Shown: positions 24,763-38,628, counted from the stretch's first letter. The stretch: DNA of 64,000 nucleotides from Octopus bimaculoides (GCF_001194135.2 NC_068995.1:1406624-1470623), one strand, 5' to 3'. Numbers and translations are program-made. Notes: generated from the letters alone by a model not told the origin.

Positions 24763-24926
24763 CGATATATATATATCTTAAAAAGGGTATGCGCTTGTAT
24801 GTGTGTATATATTAACACACATATAAACAAAGATCTACCAGTCTTATTTAAAAAAAAACAAAACATGTGCACATGCACACATACATATTTATAACATGTG
24901 CATGCATATGCATGTGTGATTATGCA

Positions 24927-24975
<49 letters not shown>

Positions 24976-25789
24976 ATTTTTTTCCTTTTTAATATAATTT
25001 CAGGTTTGCTTTTTATTCCATGAAATTCCACTTTCAAAGAGTGGTTGGAACAGAAGAAAATATTAAATAAATAAATAAGCTATTTTGAAAAAGAAAGAAA
25101 CAAAACAAACCAACAAAAAAAAAAGAAAAGAAAACAAGGCNNNNNNNNNNNNNNNNNNNNNNNNNNNNNNNNNNNNNNNNNNNNNNNNNNNNNNNNNNNN
25201 NNNNNNNNNNNNNNNNNNNNNNNNNNNNNNNNNNNNNNNNNNNNNNNNNNNNNNNNNNNNNNNNNNNNNNNNNNNNNNNNNNNNNNNNNNNNNNNNNNNN
25301 NNNNNNNNNNNNNNNNNNNNNNNNNNNNNNNNNNNNNNNNNNNNNNNNNNNNNNNNNNNNNNNNNNNNNNNNNNNNNNNNNNNNNNNNNNNNNNNNNNNN
25401 NNNNNNNNNNNNNNNNNNNNNNNNNNNNNNNNNNNNNNNNNNNNNNNNNNNNNNNNNNNNNNNNNNNNNNNNNNNNNNNNNNNNNNNNNNNNNNNNNNNN
25501 NNNNNNNNNNNNNNNNNNNNNNNNNNNNNNNNNNNNNNNNNNNNNNNNNNNNNNNNNNNNNNNNNNNNNNNNNNNNNNNNNNNNNNNNNNNNNNNNNNNN
25601 NNNNNNNNNNNNNNNNNNNNNNNNNNNNNNNNNNNNNNNNNNNNNNNNNNNNNNNNNNNNNNNNNNNNNNNNNNNNNNNNNNNNNNNNNNNNNNNNNNNN
25701 NNNNNNNNNNNNNNNNNNNNNNNNNNNNNNNNNNNNNNNNNNNNNNNNNNNNNNNNNNNNNNNNNNNNNNNNNNNNNNNNCCCCCATCC

Positions 25790-25935
25790 CCTGTACTCGA
25801 TTGGTATTTATTTTTGATTGATCTTGAAAGGATGAAAAGTAAATTTAACCTTGGTGGAGTTTGAACTCAGATCATGAAGAGTCAGAAGAAATACTGCTAA
25901 GCATTTTGTCTGGTCTGCTAATGGTTCTGCCAGCT
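25790..25935 (-). mobile_element. Family B SINE, partial
   Basis: GAAAGGATGAAAAGTAAA..ACCTTGGTGGAGTTTGAACTCAG...CTAAGCATTTTG...TTCTGCCAGCTC. Confidence 0.75.
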
Positions 25936-25949
25936 CACTAACTGGACCC

Positions 25950-26200
25950 TAACCCATTGGCATGGCTTGGACAGTTTGACTGGGGACTGGCAAGCCAGTA
26001 GGCTGCACCAGGCTCCAATCTGATCTGGCAAGGTTTCTACAGCTGGATGCTCTTCCTAAATCCAACCACTCTGAGAGTGTAGTAGGTGCTTTTTACGTGC
26101 TACCAGCATGGGGTCCAGTCAGGTGGCACTGGCATTGACCATGTTTTGAACGGTGCTTTTTACATGAGAGCCAGTCAGGTGGCTTTCAAAATATCGCTAT
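25950..26200 (-). mobile_element. Family D repeat
   Basis: Reverse complement of 22540-22792. Confidence 0.85.
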
Positions 26201-26950
26201 TTGGCTTGACTTCATTATTACAACTCTATATACGATGGGCTTCATTCAATTTCTGCTGACTGAATCCAATTACAAGGCTTTTGTTGACCAGGGACTCTAG
26301 TAGAAGACACTTGCCCCAAGATGCCATGCACATGGTTGGAAAGAGAACCTCTTGAGATCTTGGCTCACTAAACTGTAATAGAGAGCCAGGAGGGCAATAG
26401 AGTTCACTAAATTGTAATTATGATCCATGAACAGCAAACAATACTCCTAGATATAAATAGAAAGCATTAAGTGGTCTAGGTGACAACTACAGTTATCTGC
26501 CCCTTTCATCTGTTCTAGATATATGTCTTATATTTCAGTGCAATGGAAAAGGTTGTCAGGAATAGAGGGAGTCACACATGTCTTTTTCATCATCTTCACA
26601 AGTTTTAAGTGGAAACAGGAGGACGAAAACCCAAAATAGAAAATGGTAGATTGAGAACCACTTGTTCAGTTAAACACACACACACACGCGCTCTCTCTCT
26701 CTCTCTCTCTCTGTCTTTCTCTTATTTAATCAGATTTCTTCACTCTTTTCCTTGTCTGACTCCTTCCTCTTGCTCGTTTAGTTGGACTTTCTCTATCTCT
26801 CTCTTTCTATCATTCAATTTCTTTCTTTTTCTCTCCATCTTTATTAGACTTCCACCCTCTCTCACATTTAGTTTGTCTCTGTCTGTGTCTGTCTGTCTGT
26901 CTCTGCTGTTTCCCTTGTTTATTAAATTTTCCTCCTCTCTCTTTAGTTAT

Positions 26951-26996
<46 letters not shown>

Positions 26997-27589
26997 TTTA
27001 TTAGATCCTCTCTCTCATTTATTAAACTCCCTCTCCTGAATCAAATAAAAAATCAAAGAGAGAGAGAGAGCTATTTTAAAAAAAAGGATTAAAAAAGACT
27101 ACTCCCTTCAAACTCCACATACCTCTCCATAAAACCCCTCCTACCTTCTCCACACCCCCTCTATCCCCCTATTTATCCAACTGTTGGACAGAAAAGGGCT
27201 ATTTTGGTTTGCCAGAATATATGGGAACACCCAACTGGCGTAATGCCAACCACCCATCCCCCTCTCCTTAAACATGTTACCCCATCCACCTCTCCAACAA
27301 TAAAACTTACCTAATAATATTCTGGGAAAATCAGGGTGGGAAGGGAGAGCTGAATCCAGAATTAAAAAAAAAAAAAGGAGCTAATCTACCCTTCCCCCTC
27401 CATCTGACCTGCCTCCCCTCCTCCACAACTATAATTACCCCTCCCCCCTTTTTTTCCTAAATCAAAACATCTTTTCCTCGTTGTCTCCAATAAATATTTA
27501 CCCAACTGTTGGATAGAGGGAGTCGGTGCTCCTTACCTTAATAAAAGGGGACAACAAATTCAAAAATAAACTCGGCTGTTTATAGGAGC

Positions 27590-27745
27590 ACAGATAGCTG
27601 TGAGGCTAAGAAGCTTGCTTTCCAAACACATGGTCTCAGATTCCATCCTACTGCACAGTACCTTGCGCTAGAGTCCTCTACTATTGCCCTCGGCTGACCA
27701 ATGGCCTGTGAGTGATTTCGGTAGATGGAAACTATGCAGAAGGTG
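27590..27745 (+). mobile_element. Family A SINE 5' half
   Basis: AGCTGTGAGGCTAAGAAGCTTGCTTTCCAAACACATGG...GTGAGTGATTTCGGTAGATGGAAACT. Confidence 0.75.
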
Positions 27746-29314
27746 TAGATGAAGGACAAGATTGAAAGGATCAACTGACCCCTTTAGGAAGGTCCCCGAT
27801 CAGGTCTATGAGGTAAACCTATCATTGACTGACATGTCATATCATGGACCCTAATTGAAGAGGAGGCTAGGGGAAAGTGAGAGGGAGAGAGAGAGAGAGA
27901 GAAAGTCACTTAATGAGTCCTACAAGTCAAAGCTGATATAAAAAACCTGCCAAGTGGAGATTAAGGATGAGGGTCTTCTTGAGAAGGTAAGGACTTGGGT
28001 CTAACAGGGTGGTCAATGAGGGTCTGTTTGGATTGTGGTGGGCCCAGAGGTTATCTGTACATCTTCCCAGGATCTCATGCATCAAAAGACTGCATGTGTT
28101 TCAGTAGTGCAGCAGGGGTCATTTCTACATCCCCAACTCTTCACCCACAGACTGACTGATATACACCAACAGATGGGGTGAGCTCACCTCTCTCTCCCTC
28201 CTCCCACCACTTCAGATACAGAACTGACAAGTGAGATGATGCAGTCCAACATAATAACCCTTTAAAAAGGCAGGATGGTTATGGTAGGAGTGTCTCTAAT
28301 GGAAGGTCGGCTCAACCAGCAACAATCACAGGACTATCATACAACAACCAGGTGTAGAAGTGAGAGGTACCGGTTTCAATTTCACATCTCTCCACCCTGA
28401 ACAACTGCAAGCCTGTCATACATTAACAGCTGTAAGTTATAAAGGAAACGAAGCAAACCGCGATCCTTTAGCAGGTGGTGGTCACCTGAGCAGCAACAAA
28501 ACAATGGTTATTTATACAACACCATCAGCACAATTATCATAAGCATCAATGTAAAGAGTAGACAGAAAGTACAAAGTATCTATGGCAACGGGATGATGTG
28601 GAAGGAGGAAGGAGAGATGAGAGCAGTGAGGGTGGGGTGCAGTTTTAAGAAATTTAATACAAGGGGTAGCAAACAGCGGGGTGGAGCGATGTGGTGGTGG
28701 TGGTGGTCGTGGGTTAATATGGAGGATTGTCTTTTTAAAACAAGAGGGTGAGCAATGTAGATGGCACAGCGGATAAGACATGACTAAGCAACAGATGTAA
28801 GACAAAACCTGAAGACGAAGATGGTAGGGTGTGGGGGGTAGGTGGAGGAACTAGGGGAATGGGAATGGGGAGAGAGTTAAAGTAATAGCTGGACTCTTTT
28901 CTCTCTCTCCCCTTCTTTTTTTGTCTCAATCCATAAACATTGCAATAAAAACAAAAGAAAATTAAAAAAATTCAATTTGAAAAATACAAATACAAAAAAG
29001 AAAAAAAAATTCAATTTCGAGAAAGAATTATTATTAAAAGGAAAAGAAGATTGAAACAAAAACAGAATGAAATCCCCACCGAAAACAGACCAAAAAAAAA
29101 AAAAAGGGAATTATATACGTATCTTGAAATAAAAGAAATAAAATTAACAAAACACTAGAAAAATAGTAAAAAAAAAATTGTAGAATATTTTTTTACGATA
29201 AACTAGATTGTCGAATCTCTCAGTTTGCACCACCACCACCACCACCACTACCACAGCCATCCTCAATACACCAAACACCCCAAACAATGACAATAACAAC
29301 AAAAACAGGTAACA

Positions 29315-29540
29315 TTTGTCATCATCATCATTATCAGCACCATCATCATCATCATCTCCACCATCATTACAATTTGCAATATGCTGCCATTTTTATAAAC
29401 ACTCCCCCTCTCCAACACCACCATCACAATCACCATCATCATCATCCTCACCATCACCAACATCAACGCTATCAATGTAACCACCACCACCACCACCACC
29501 ACCATCACCACCACCATCATCACCACCAACAACAACAACC
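29315..29540. repeat. Imperfect (CAT/CAC)n trinucleotide low-complexity tract
   Basis: Directly visible. Gives a spurious poly-His ORF. Confidence 0.85.
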
Positions 29541-29831
29541 ATAAGGAGAGCCAGATTAAATTAAAGAAACAGTGTATTGTTGTAAATCAGTTTCTCTCTC
29601 TCCTCCCCGCACTCCTCCCTCCCCCAACCCCCACCATGTCATAGAGACAATTAGGTTAGAAACTTTGTTGAGGGCAGATAATGTTGCCATTATTGGCGGA
29701 ATGATGGTGACGGTGGCGGAATATTGTTGGTATGGAAATATTTCTTCCTCAGGGAACTATCAAACATTCATCATAATATTAATACTAACTCATAAAAAAA
29801 ACAACAACAACAATAATTTATAACATATGAT

Positions 29832-30305
29832 ATAATAATAATAATAACCCTTTCTGCTTTAGGCACAAGGCCTGTAATTTGGGGGTAGGTAGGGGGTAGT
29901 TGAGTGCATCGAGCCCGGTGCTCGACTGACTGGTAACTGGCACTCCGTCAGTTATGACGACAAGGGTTCCAGTTGATCCAATCAATGGAACAGCCTGCTC
30001 ATGAGATTAGCATGCAAGTGGCTGAGCACACCTCAGACATGTGTAGCTTTAATGTAGTTCTTAGGGAGATTCAACATGACACAGAATGTGACAAGACTGG
30101 CCCTTTGAAATATAAAGGGACAACTCATTTTTGCCAGTTGAGTGAACTGGAGCAACGTGAACTAAAATGTCAAAGACAGAATGTGCAGCCGGGAATTGAA
30201 CTCATGACATTATGATTGTGAGCTGAAAACTCTAACCACTAAGCCACAAGCCTTCACCGGTACCAAGTTTACCAACCCCAAAAGGATGAAAAGTCAAACC
30301 TTGGC
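29832..30305 (-). mobile_element. Family B SINE interrupted by a nested family C SINE
   Basis: Family B sequence breaks at ...GACTGGTA (29935) and resumes at CGGTACC..ACCAACCCCAAAAGGATGAAAAG (30258). Confidence 0.7.
29936..30257 (-). mobile_element. tRNA-headed SINE (family C), full length
   Basis: Reverse complement of 42344-42654. Head GTGAAGGCTTGTGGCTTAGTGGTTAG ... GAGTTCAATTCCCGGC. Confidence 0.85.
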
Positions 30306-30346
30306 ATCGCCACCTTAATATTAATGATAAATTTCAGCAGTTTTCA

Positions 30347-30510
30347 AGGGGATTACATCGACCCCAGTACATGACTGGTACTTATTTTATCGACCCTGAA
30401 AGGAGGAAAGGCAAACATGACCTTTGGCAGAATTTGAACTCAAAACATAAAACACAAACAAAATGCTGTCAGGCATTTTGTCCGGCATCCTAGTAACTGT
30501 GCCAGCTGAC
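30347..30510 (-). mobile_element. Family B SINE
   Basis: GATTACATCGACCCCAGTACATGACTGGTACTTATTTTATCGACCCTGAAAGGA...TTTGAACTC. Confidence 0.85.
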
Positions 30511-30517
30511 TGACTTT

Positions 30518-30647
30518 AATAGTAATAATAATAATAATAATAGTAATAATAATAATAATAATAGTAATAATAATAATAATAATAGTAATAATAATAATAA
30601 TAATAGTAATAATAATAATAATAATAATAGTAATAATAATAATAATA

Positions 30648-30731
<84 letters not shown>

Positions 30732-30744
30732 GTAATAATAATAA
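30518..30744. repeat. (AAT)n microsatellite with periodic AGT interruptions
   Basis: AGT recurs mostly every 21 bp. Confidence 0.95.
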
Positions 30745-30958
30745 AGATCCTTTCTATTAAAGGCACAAGGCCTGAAATTTGGTGGGGAGGGGACTAGTCG
30801 ATTATATCAACCCCAGTGTTTCACTGGTACTTAATTTATTGACCCAGAAAAGGTGAAAGGTAAAGTCGACCTCAGCAGAATTTGAACTCAGAATGTAGCA
30901 ACTGGCGAAATGCCGCTAAGCATTTCGTCCAACATGCTAACGATTCTGCTAGCTTGCC
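30745..30958 (-). mobile_element. Family B SINE, full length
   Basis: Tail GATCCTTTCTATTAAAGGCACAAGGCC through head ...CGATTCTGCTAGCTTGCC. Confidence 0.9.
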
Positions 30959-31011
30959 AACGACAACAACGACAACAACAACAATAATAATAATAATAAT
31001 AATAATAATAG

Positions 31012-31222
31012 TGATTTCAAATTTTGGCACAAGGCCAGCAATTTCGGGGCAAGGGTGAAGTTGATTATGTCATCCCTAGAACATTACTGGTATTTATTTT
31101 ATAGACTCTGAAAGGATGGAACAGCAAAGTCAACCTCGGCAGAATTTAAACTCAGAATGCAAAGTCGGCCGAAATGCCACAAAGCATTTTGTCCGGTGTG
31201 CTAACGATTCTGACAGCTCACT
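31012..31222 (-). mobile_element. Family B SINE, full length
   Basis: TTTGGCACAAGGCCAGCAATTT ... CTAACGATTCTGACAGCTCAC. Confidence 0.85.
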
Positions 31223-31226
31223 GCTG

Positions 31227-31274
<48 letters not shown>

Positions 31275-32184
31275 GAGATGAAGATACTGAAAGAAAGAAA
31301 ATATTTGATAATTTTATTTTCTATTTATTTATTTATTTGGTGTTGTTAATGTTGTGTGTGTGTGTGTGTGTGTATTTGTAAGTGTGTTTTATGGAAGCAA
31401 GTGATAAAAAAATATTTTGTGTTAAATCCCCCTCTTTTTGCCCCTTCTGCCCTCCCCACTCTGTCTACTCCCCACCTCCACCATCACTACAACCACTGAA
31501 ACATAAGTATGTTGAAACAGAAGTCAATGAGGATATATATGTGTATACACACACACACACACACACACACATACACACATGCAGGCACGCATGCACAAAC
31601 TGACATACATACGTATATTTATAAATGTATATAAAAATTTTTAAAAACCCATCAGACACACAACAAAGACAATTATAAGTGGTGGTGGTGGTGGTGCTAC
31701 TACTACTACTACTAATGATGATGATGATGATGATGATGATGATAATAGTAATATTGTTATTGTTATGTTAGAAAACACCAACAAAACAGAAAACAAAAGC
31801 TAATAAATAAGAAAAAATATAGAAAAGAATAAGAGAGAGAGAGAGAGAGAGAGGGAAAAGAAAAACAACAAAAGCAAAACAAAACAAGTGCAGTGGAAGA
31901 GAACAAATGGTTTTAATTATGTGTTGCTCTAAAAGTATTAAATAGCATCACTGCATGATGGTAATGAGGTGGGGGGTGGGGTGGGGGAGCGAAGACAAAA
32001 GAAGGGGTTGTGTTGTTGTCTGAAAGTGGCAAAGTAAGGCAGAAAGAGGTGTTTTGAAAGTGGGTCCCCATGGAGGTAGCAGTTTTCAACTGTTGAGGCC
32101 CGAGCCTGTCTCTCACTGGAGAACAACAACAACAACACCAATATTATCGTATGTTCCTCTCTTTCTCCCCCCCCCCATCCCTTG

Positions 32185-32640
32185 AGCCTATATAACTCTG
32201 TGACACAGAGACAGCAACATTATCAGGTGTCCTCCTACCCTATATAGGTCGTTTACAGGAAACCAGAGCATTATCAAGTGTCTCCCACCACCACCACCAC
32301 CTGTCCTATAGAGGTCTTTTACAGAGACACAACAACATTATCAANNNNNNNNNNTGAACCTAGATAGGTCTCCGGCAGACAGCAGTGTTATTATTTCTCT
32401 GTGTCCCACCATACTAGCCAAAATATGACTTTTACCCCCCCCCCCAGCATACTGGGTCACTACCCAAAAACCTTTCAAAGAGACAACATCACCATTGTGA
32501 ATCCATGTTATGCACCCCATCCACCCTGCAGCCTTTGATATATAGCTGCATTATAATCTATCCATGTTCTGTCCCCTAGTCTTCTTAGATCTTTCAGCAA
32601 GACAGCAGCATTATCATCATCATCATCATCATGCCTCCAT
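32185..32640. repeat. Degenerate minisatellite (~50-60-bp units)
   Basis: The motif TATA.AGGTC.TT.ACAG.GACA.CA.CATTATCA recurs ~5 times. Confidence 0.55.
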
Positions 32641-33840
32641 GTTCTACCTGGACGTTCTACTTCCATGTCCTCCTACCCACCACCCCATATAGATCTTACA
32701 CCATGTGTATATGCATACCCCACCCTCAGCCCCTTTACTGTGGGTGTCTGTGACTGACATCCTTCCATAGAGGACCAAAACAGGGATACCTGTAAGTAAG
32801 GGTCCAACACTTTAACAGGCAAAATGGCTGAAACAGCAGGAACCTCCACAAGGGGAAATGAAATCTTTGGGGATGGTCATATCTACTGAAATCATAGGCA
32901 GATAAGAAGGAGTGGACAATATAAACTAATCAAAAACCTGCTGCTGGGCCAAAATATTTCTGTTTTAATTTCAGAAAGGTTTCCCACCATGACCATCCCA
33001 TCTTTTGATGACATATTTAGGACTGTATTATACAATGTCTCCCTTCTTTAAATATGGTAGGAAGCAGTGACATATGGTGATTGTTGTCAGAGGGTGTGGC
33101 GTCATGGTAACCCTACCACCCTTGAATAAACTATAAACATACACAAATAAATGTTAGGTTATTTCTGTAAAGAATACGACTTCAACCTGACTCAGTCTTT
33201 CTCAAAGAGTTTGACTAGATTTGAAAACTGGAACCAGACTCCATCAACAACAGGAATTATTAAAAAGACTATTTGACATCCCTGGGGTTTGTGGAATGCT
33301 CACCTAGCACTCCGTGGATATATGCTCCTAGGAGGTTGTCATTATGAGGGAGATTTGGTTGCTAGTCTCGCATGTTCAGCAGCCGTGAAGAATGAATGAA
33401 TGAAGTGTCAGGTTGCTCGCAAGCACTGAGTGCGACTAGAAGCATTTCTAGTCTGATGCAACCTGTTGTATGGTTGGATTGGTTGGTGATAAAACCAACA
33501 ATGCAACCAGGCTTGCATGGTGGGGCTGGTACAGGCTCTAGATACACAGCAACACAAAAACAACACGGAGGATAGATGAACCCAATATAGAACCAGTAAC
33601 TATGTAACAATTGAGCTGGGGACTATTCTGGGTCAGTGTCTGGAATACTGTCAGTGAGGCACTGGCAATGAGGCACTCCTGAACTTTTATTCAGACATGT
33701 CTGTAAGAGAAAGCAATGTTGCACTGACCAGTATGTTGGTGGTGTAACTGTCCTATGCGTACGTTTTGTAGTATTTAATGCATTTTTCATCTATGGAATA
33801 ACTGAATGCCATGGATCCCAACTTTTGTTAACACTAAGTT

Positions 33841-33875
<35 letters not shown>

Positions 33876-35256
33876 NNNNNNNNNNACATACAGACATCAT
33901 ATTTACAAACATAAATCTATACACAAAGATTTCACTTTCCTGACAGCTAAACTGAACAGAAACCTCCTCCACCACCACCACCACCACCACCACCACCACC
34001 ACAACATGAAATTTAATTAATGTGAATAAAACAGAAAATATACAAAAACGTGCGAGTGATGTGTGTGTATACACGCACACACATACATACATGCATGTAT
34101 AATGTCATATACATATAAGAAAAAAACTCTAGTAAATAGTTTAGTGTTGTTATCTTCTTTGCTTTTTAAATAAGCTGAAGGTTTTAAATTCCATTACAAC
34201 ACCAGAGAGTGGAAAGATGTGTGCATGTGTGTGTAAATATATACATACCTACTTATGTATGTATGACCATATACACATTAATATATATATATATATGAAA
34301 ATATATGTATGTAAATAAAGACATTTTCAAATGCATAGACACACAAGGACAAACATAAAGATAGATATGAATCCAAAAATATTTAAAAAAAAAGTATAGA
34401 TGCACACAAAGTGGAAGGTACATTTCTGGTCGCTTATAAAAATTAAAAATAACTCCTCTCTGAAGATGAGGACCACAAGGTGATACATTGCAACTGAGAG
34501 GTGGGGATAACTGGATGGGAGAAATATATGTATGATGCAGTTCTCAATCACCATCCTCCCTTACCATTAAGTACTGAAGATGGATAGAATCTGGAGTCTG
34601 TACATTAACACACACTAGTGCACTGTACAAACTCAGTTAAAGGAATAATTGGTCTAACTTCTAAACCATTTAAACATCATTTCAACCTGCATACACACAT
34701 GTTCTGAAACTCATGCACACAAATGGCAATGACTTCTCTTTTCTCTTAGAAATGGAATTTGGAAACTAAAAATTATCAATTTAACATAAAAATATTTTAT
34801 CTAAAAATCATATTCTGGAAATAAAGACATTGCAATCCTTGCATAACAGAGAGCTTTGCAATCCTTTTTTGCTAAACCTCCTACTCTCAACAAACACTGA
34901 GAAAGTACTTCTCTTGCCAACACAAAATATTTTAGACTTTTAGTCATTTTAAACCTTTTGCACATCTCAAGAAATAATCTAACATTATATAGACTCTCTG
35001 AACTACAATTAAACTAGATTACCCCTCATCACACACACAGGACCACTCCTTCATTCACTACCTCTTTTCTATTTCACCTACTTACAAGCATCAGAAACAC
35101 AAAACCCTTGAAGCCAGAAGCTTTTCAGCACCCCTTCATATGTATAGTTATATTTGTATATACGCAGGTATATAACTGTTTCCCTCCAAATTTGTTTTCC
35201 TTAGAATAGAATGCTTTTTACAGCCATTATCGATATATATTGTCAAAGATTATTTT

Positions 35257-35674
35257 GCCCGTGTGGTAAGAAGTTTGTTTCCCAACCACATGATTCCAGG
35301 TTCAATCTCACTGTGAAGCACCTTGGGCAAGTGTCTCCTATTATAGTCTTGGGCTGACCAAAGCATTGTGAGTGGATTTGGTAGATGGAAACTGAAAGAA
35401 GCCCATCATATACATATATATATATGATGGGCCATTTCAGTGCCACATAAAAAACACTCAGTATATATGTATGTGTGTGCTTCTCCCACGACTGCTTGAC
35501 AACTGGTGTTGGTGTGTTTATGTCCCTGTAACTGAGTGTTTCGGCAAAAGAGACTGATAAAATATGTACTAGGCTTAAAAAAAAAATTTTAGGGTTGATT
35601 TGTTTGACTAACCCCACCCCGCAAAGTGGTGCACCAGCATGGCTGCAGTCCAATGACTGAAACAAGTAAAAGAT
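35257..35674 (+). mobile_element. Family A SINE, full length
   Basis: Head GTGTGGTAAGAAGTTTG..GGTTCAATCTC, CORE-like CACCTTGGGCAAGTGTCT, internal (TA/TG)n, tail CCAGCATGGCTGCAGTC..TGACTGAAACAAGTAAAAGA. Confidence 0.9.
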
Positions 35675-36289
35675 ACACACGCATAAGCATCATCATCATT
35701 TAATGCCTGCTTTCCATACCGGCATTGATTGACAAGAACTGGCTAACTGGAGAGCTTATATATATNNNNNNNNNNNNNNNNNNNNNNNNNNNNNNNNNNN
35801 NNNNNNNNNNNNNNNNNNNNNNNNNNNNNNNNNNNNNNNNNNNNNNNNNNNNNNNNNNNNNNNNNNNNNNNNNNNNNNNNNNNNNNNNNNNNNNNNNNNN
35901 ATATATATATATATGTATATATATATACATATATATATATACATACATACATGTATATATATATATATTCTATATATATATATATATGGGTATTAAAGTA
36001 TATTTACATAACGTTTATGAATCTGCATATATTATTCTAAATCTGTTGCCTATTTAGGTGTTTCTCTCAAATACATTCCATTCCATATTTATCTATAATC
36101 TACCTATTTGTAATAATATATTCATATTTGGTAAGATGAAAACATTTTTACATACACTTAAACACACACACGTGTGTGAGTATGATTGTATATTTATGTA
36201 TATTTGTCACACATAATCTTTTAAATCAGTAGAGAGTCTCTCTCTCTCTCTCTGTGTTTCCCTTTAAATACCCCTCCCCCCACCTTAGC

Positions 36290-37065
36290 ATTTGTTATTC
36301 TTTTGCTCGTTTCAATGCTGGGGGCATTGCCTTTGAGGGTTTAACTGAACAAATCGACCCCATTGCTTATTTTTTTTTAAAGTCTGGTACTTTTTCAGCT
36401 TCTTTTGCTGAATCTCCGAGTTGTGGGGATATAAACAAATCAACACTGGTTGTCAAGCAGTGGGAAAGGGACAAACTCAGAGACACACACATGCATATAT
36501 GAGTATACACGCTACGTTAGATACATAGAAACAAACCAATACTGGCTGTTAAGTGGTGGTAGCGGGGCAGACACACATGGAGGCTTCCACAGTTTCCATT
36601 TACAAAATCCACTCACTTTGGTTGGCCTGAGGCTATAGGAGAAGACACTTGCCCAAGGTGCCATGCAATGGGACCGAACATGGGACCATGCAGCTGAAAG
36701 CAAACTTCTTACCACACAGCCAGACCCCCCCACCTTTAAACACACACACACGCTTGAAGGGTTTTTAGGTGAACAAATTGACCCCAGTACTTATTTTTAA
36801 GTCTGGTTCTTATTCTGTAAGTTACAGGGACATGAACAAACCAGCACCGGTTGTCAAGTGGTGGTGCTGGGGGGCAAGCATAAACACAGTGACACACACA
36901 CACACACATGCCAGGGTTCTTTCAGTTTCTATCAGCCAAGTCCTCTCATTAGGTTTTGGTTAGCCTGTTGGTTCTAGTAGCAGACTCTTGCCTCAGATGC
37001 CATGCAGTGGGACTGAACCTGGAACCAAGAGGTTGACAAGCAAACTTCTTACCACACAGCCACGG
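36290..37065 (-). mobile_element. Two tandem family A SINE copies (36290-36725, 36750-37065), partly rearranged
   Basis: Two sets of tail/body/head blocks, each ending CTTCTTACCACACAGCC. Confidence 0.75.
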
Positions 37066-37087
37066 CACAGAGATAATATGGAGACAT

Positions 37088-37127
<40 letters not shown>

Positions 37128-37523
37128 AATAAATACACTCACAAATCATCAGAACTGGAACTCCAGCATGGTCTTGAACATGCAGGCTTAAATAAACTAA
37201 AGAACATACAGTGATATAGAAATACACACACAGAGACACACATTCGCACACACGCACGCCCTGCCTGCCATGCCAGTGTATATTGAGTGTTGTTGGGTTG
37301 GTGTAGTGTTTGAAAAAAATTTCTAGAAAATGAGCAAAGAAATCAGATCCTTGCCTCCTGCTACAGTGGCCATCTTTATTGCCACTGGACCTGCTGATAG
37401 CGGTGGGGGGTGGGGTGAGAATCATGACCATGATGTTGTTGTTCTTGTTGCACCTAGAACACACATCTTTATGTGAATATATGTATGTGTATGTGTTTAT
37501 GTATATGTGTGTCTATATATGTG

Positions 37524-37566
<43 letters not shown>

Positions 37567-38389
37567 GCGTTTGTGTGCATTTATAAAAGNNNNNNNNNNG
37601 AGAGAGAGAGAGAGAGGGAGAGAGAGAGCGTTTGTGTGCATTTATAAAAGTCTTATGATACTTTTGTGTATACAAATTGCGTATATGATTGCATGTGTGT
37701 AAACATGTATATTTGCATATGTATAGATATACTGTGAATGTGTATATATATATAAATATATATACATATATAAATATATATACATATATAAATATACATA
37801 TAAATATATGTATGTATACATACATACGTACATATATATAGATATGATATACACATAAACACAAAACTATATACGCAAATATACACATCTATAAACAAAC
37901 TGCATAAATTATAAACACATGGATTTGTGTGTTTGTATATATATTTGTACACACATATATATCTATATACATTTATACACACACACACACACACACAGAA
38001 AGAGGCAGAGAAGAAGACAGAGAGAGAGAGGGGGGAGCTGGGGGTGCAAAAGTTGGAAGAGGAAAGCAAAATATTTTATCAGAGAGATTCTTTCCTTCTG
38101 TTCTGAAGTTACTTCCTTATTTCTAAGTTCAGCACACACAGACACACACACTGTTTATAAACATATATACACTTTTGGCACATACAAGTACATGCACAGC
38201 TAGTCACTCCCCCCCCCCNNNNNNNNNNNNNNNNNNNNNNNNNNNNNNNNNNNNNNNNNNNNNNNNNNNNNNNNNNNNNNNNNNNNNNNNNNNNNNNNNN
38301 NNNNNNNNNNNNNNNNNNNNNNNNNNNNNNNNNNNNNNNNNNNNNNNNNNNNNNNNNNNNNNNNNNNNNNNNNNNNNNNNNNNNNNNNN

Positions 38390-38456
<67 letters not shown>

Positions 38457-38628
38457 TATAAATATTTTTATATACATATTCAGAAGCGACAGCTATACAT
38501 AGGCCAAGATTTTTGTGCATGATCACTTATCAAACTATATATAATATGTGTGTGCATGTATATTATATATATGTATGTATATATATATAGATAGATATTA
38601 CAGCTGAATTATATATACATACACACAC

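Noticed and set aside
28422-28485. Minus-strand candidate exon GDHHLLKDRGLLRFLYNLQ with faint DEP-domain flavour
   Set aside because: The donor is weak or ambiguous and the key DEP residues are absent.
32185-32640. CRISPR-like repeat/spacer appearance
   Set aside because: The repeats are highly divergent and irregular, the context is eukaryotic, and there are no cas genes.
33175-33230. Minus-strand TTTGAGAAAGACTGAGTCAGGTTGAAGTCG resembling a heavily decayed hammerhead/PLE end
   Set aside because: The core and GAAAC are both broken, so it is too degenerate to support.
37530-37652. Direct duplication of GAGAGGGAGAGAGAGAGCGTTTGTGTGCATTTATAAAAG around a 10-N gap
   Set aside because: This is the typical unmerged contig overlap in a scaffold and most likely an assembly artefact.
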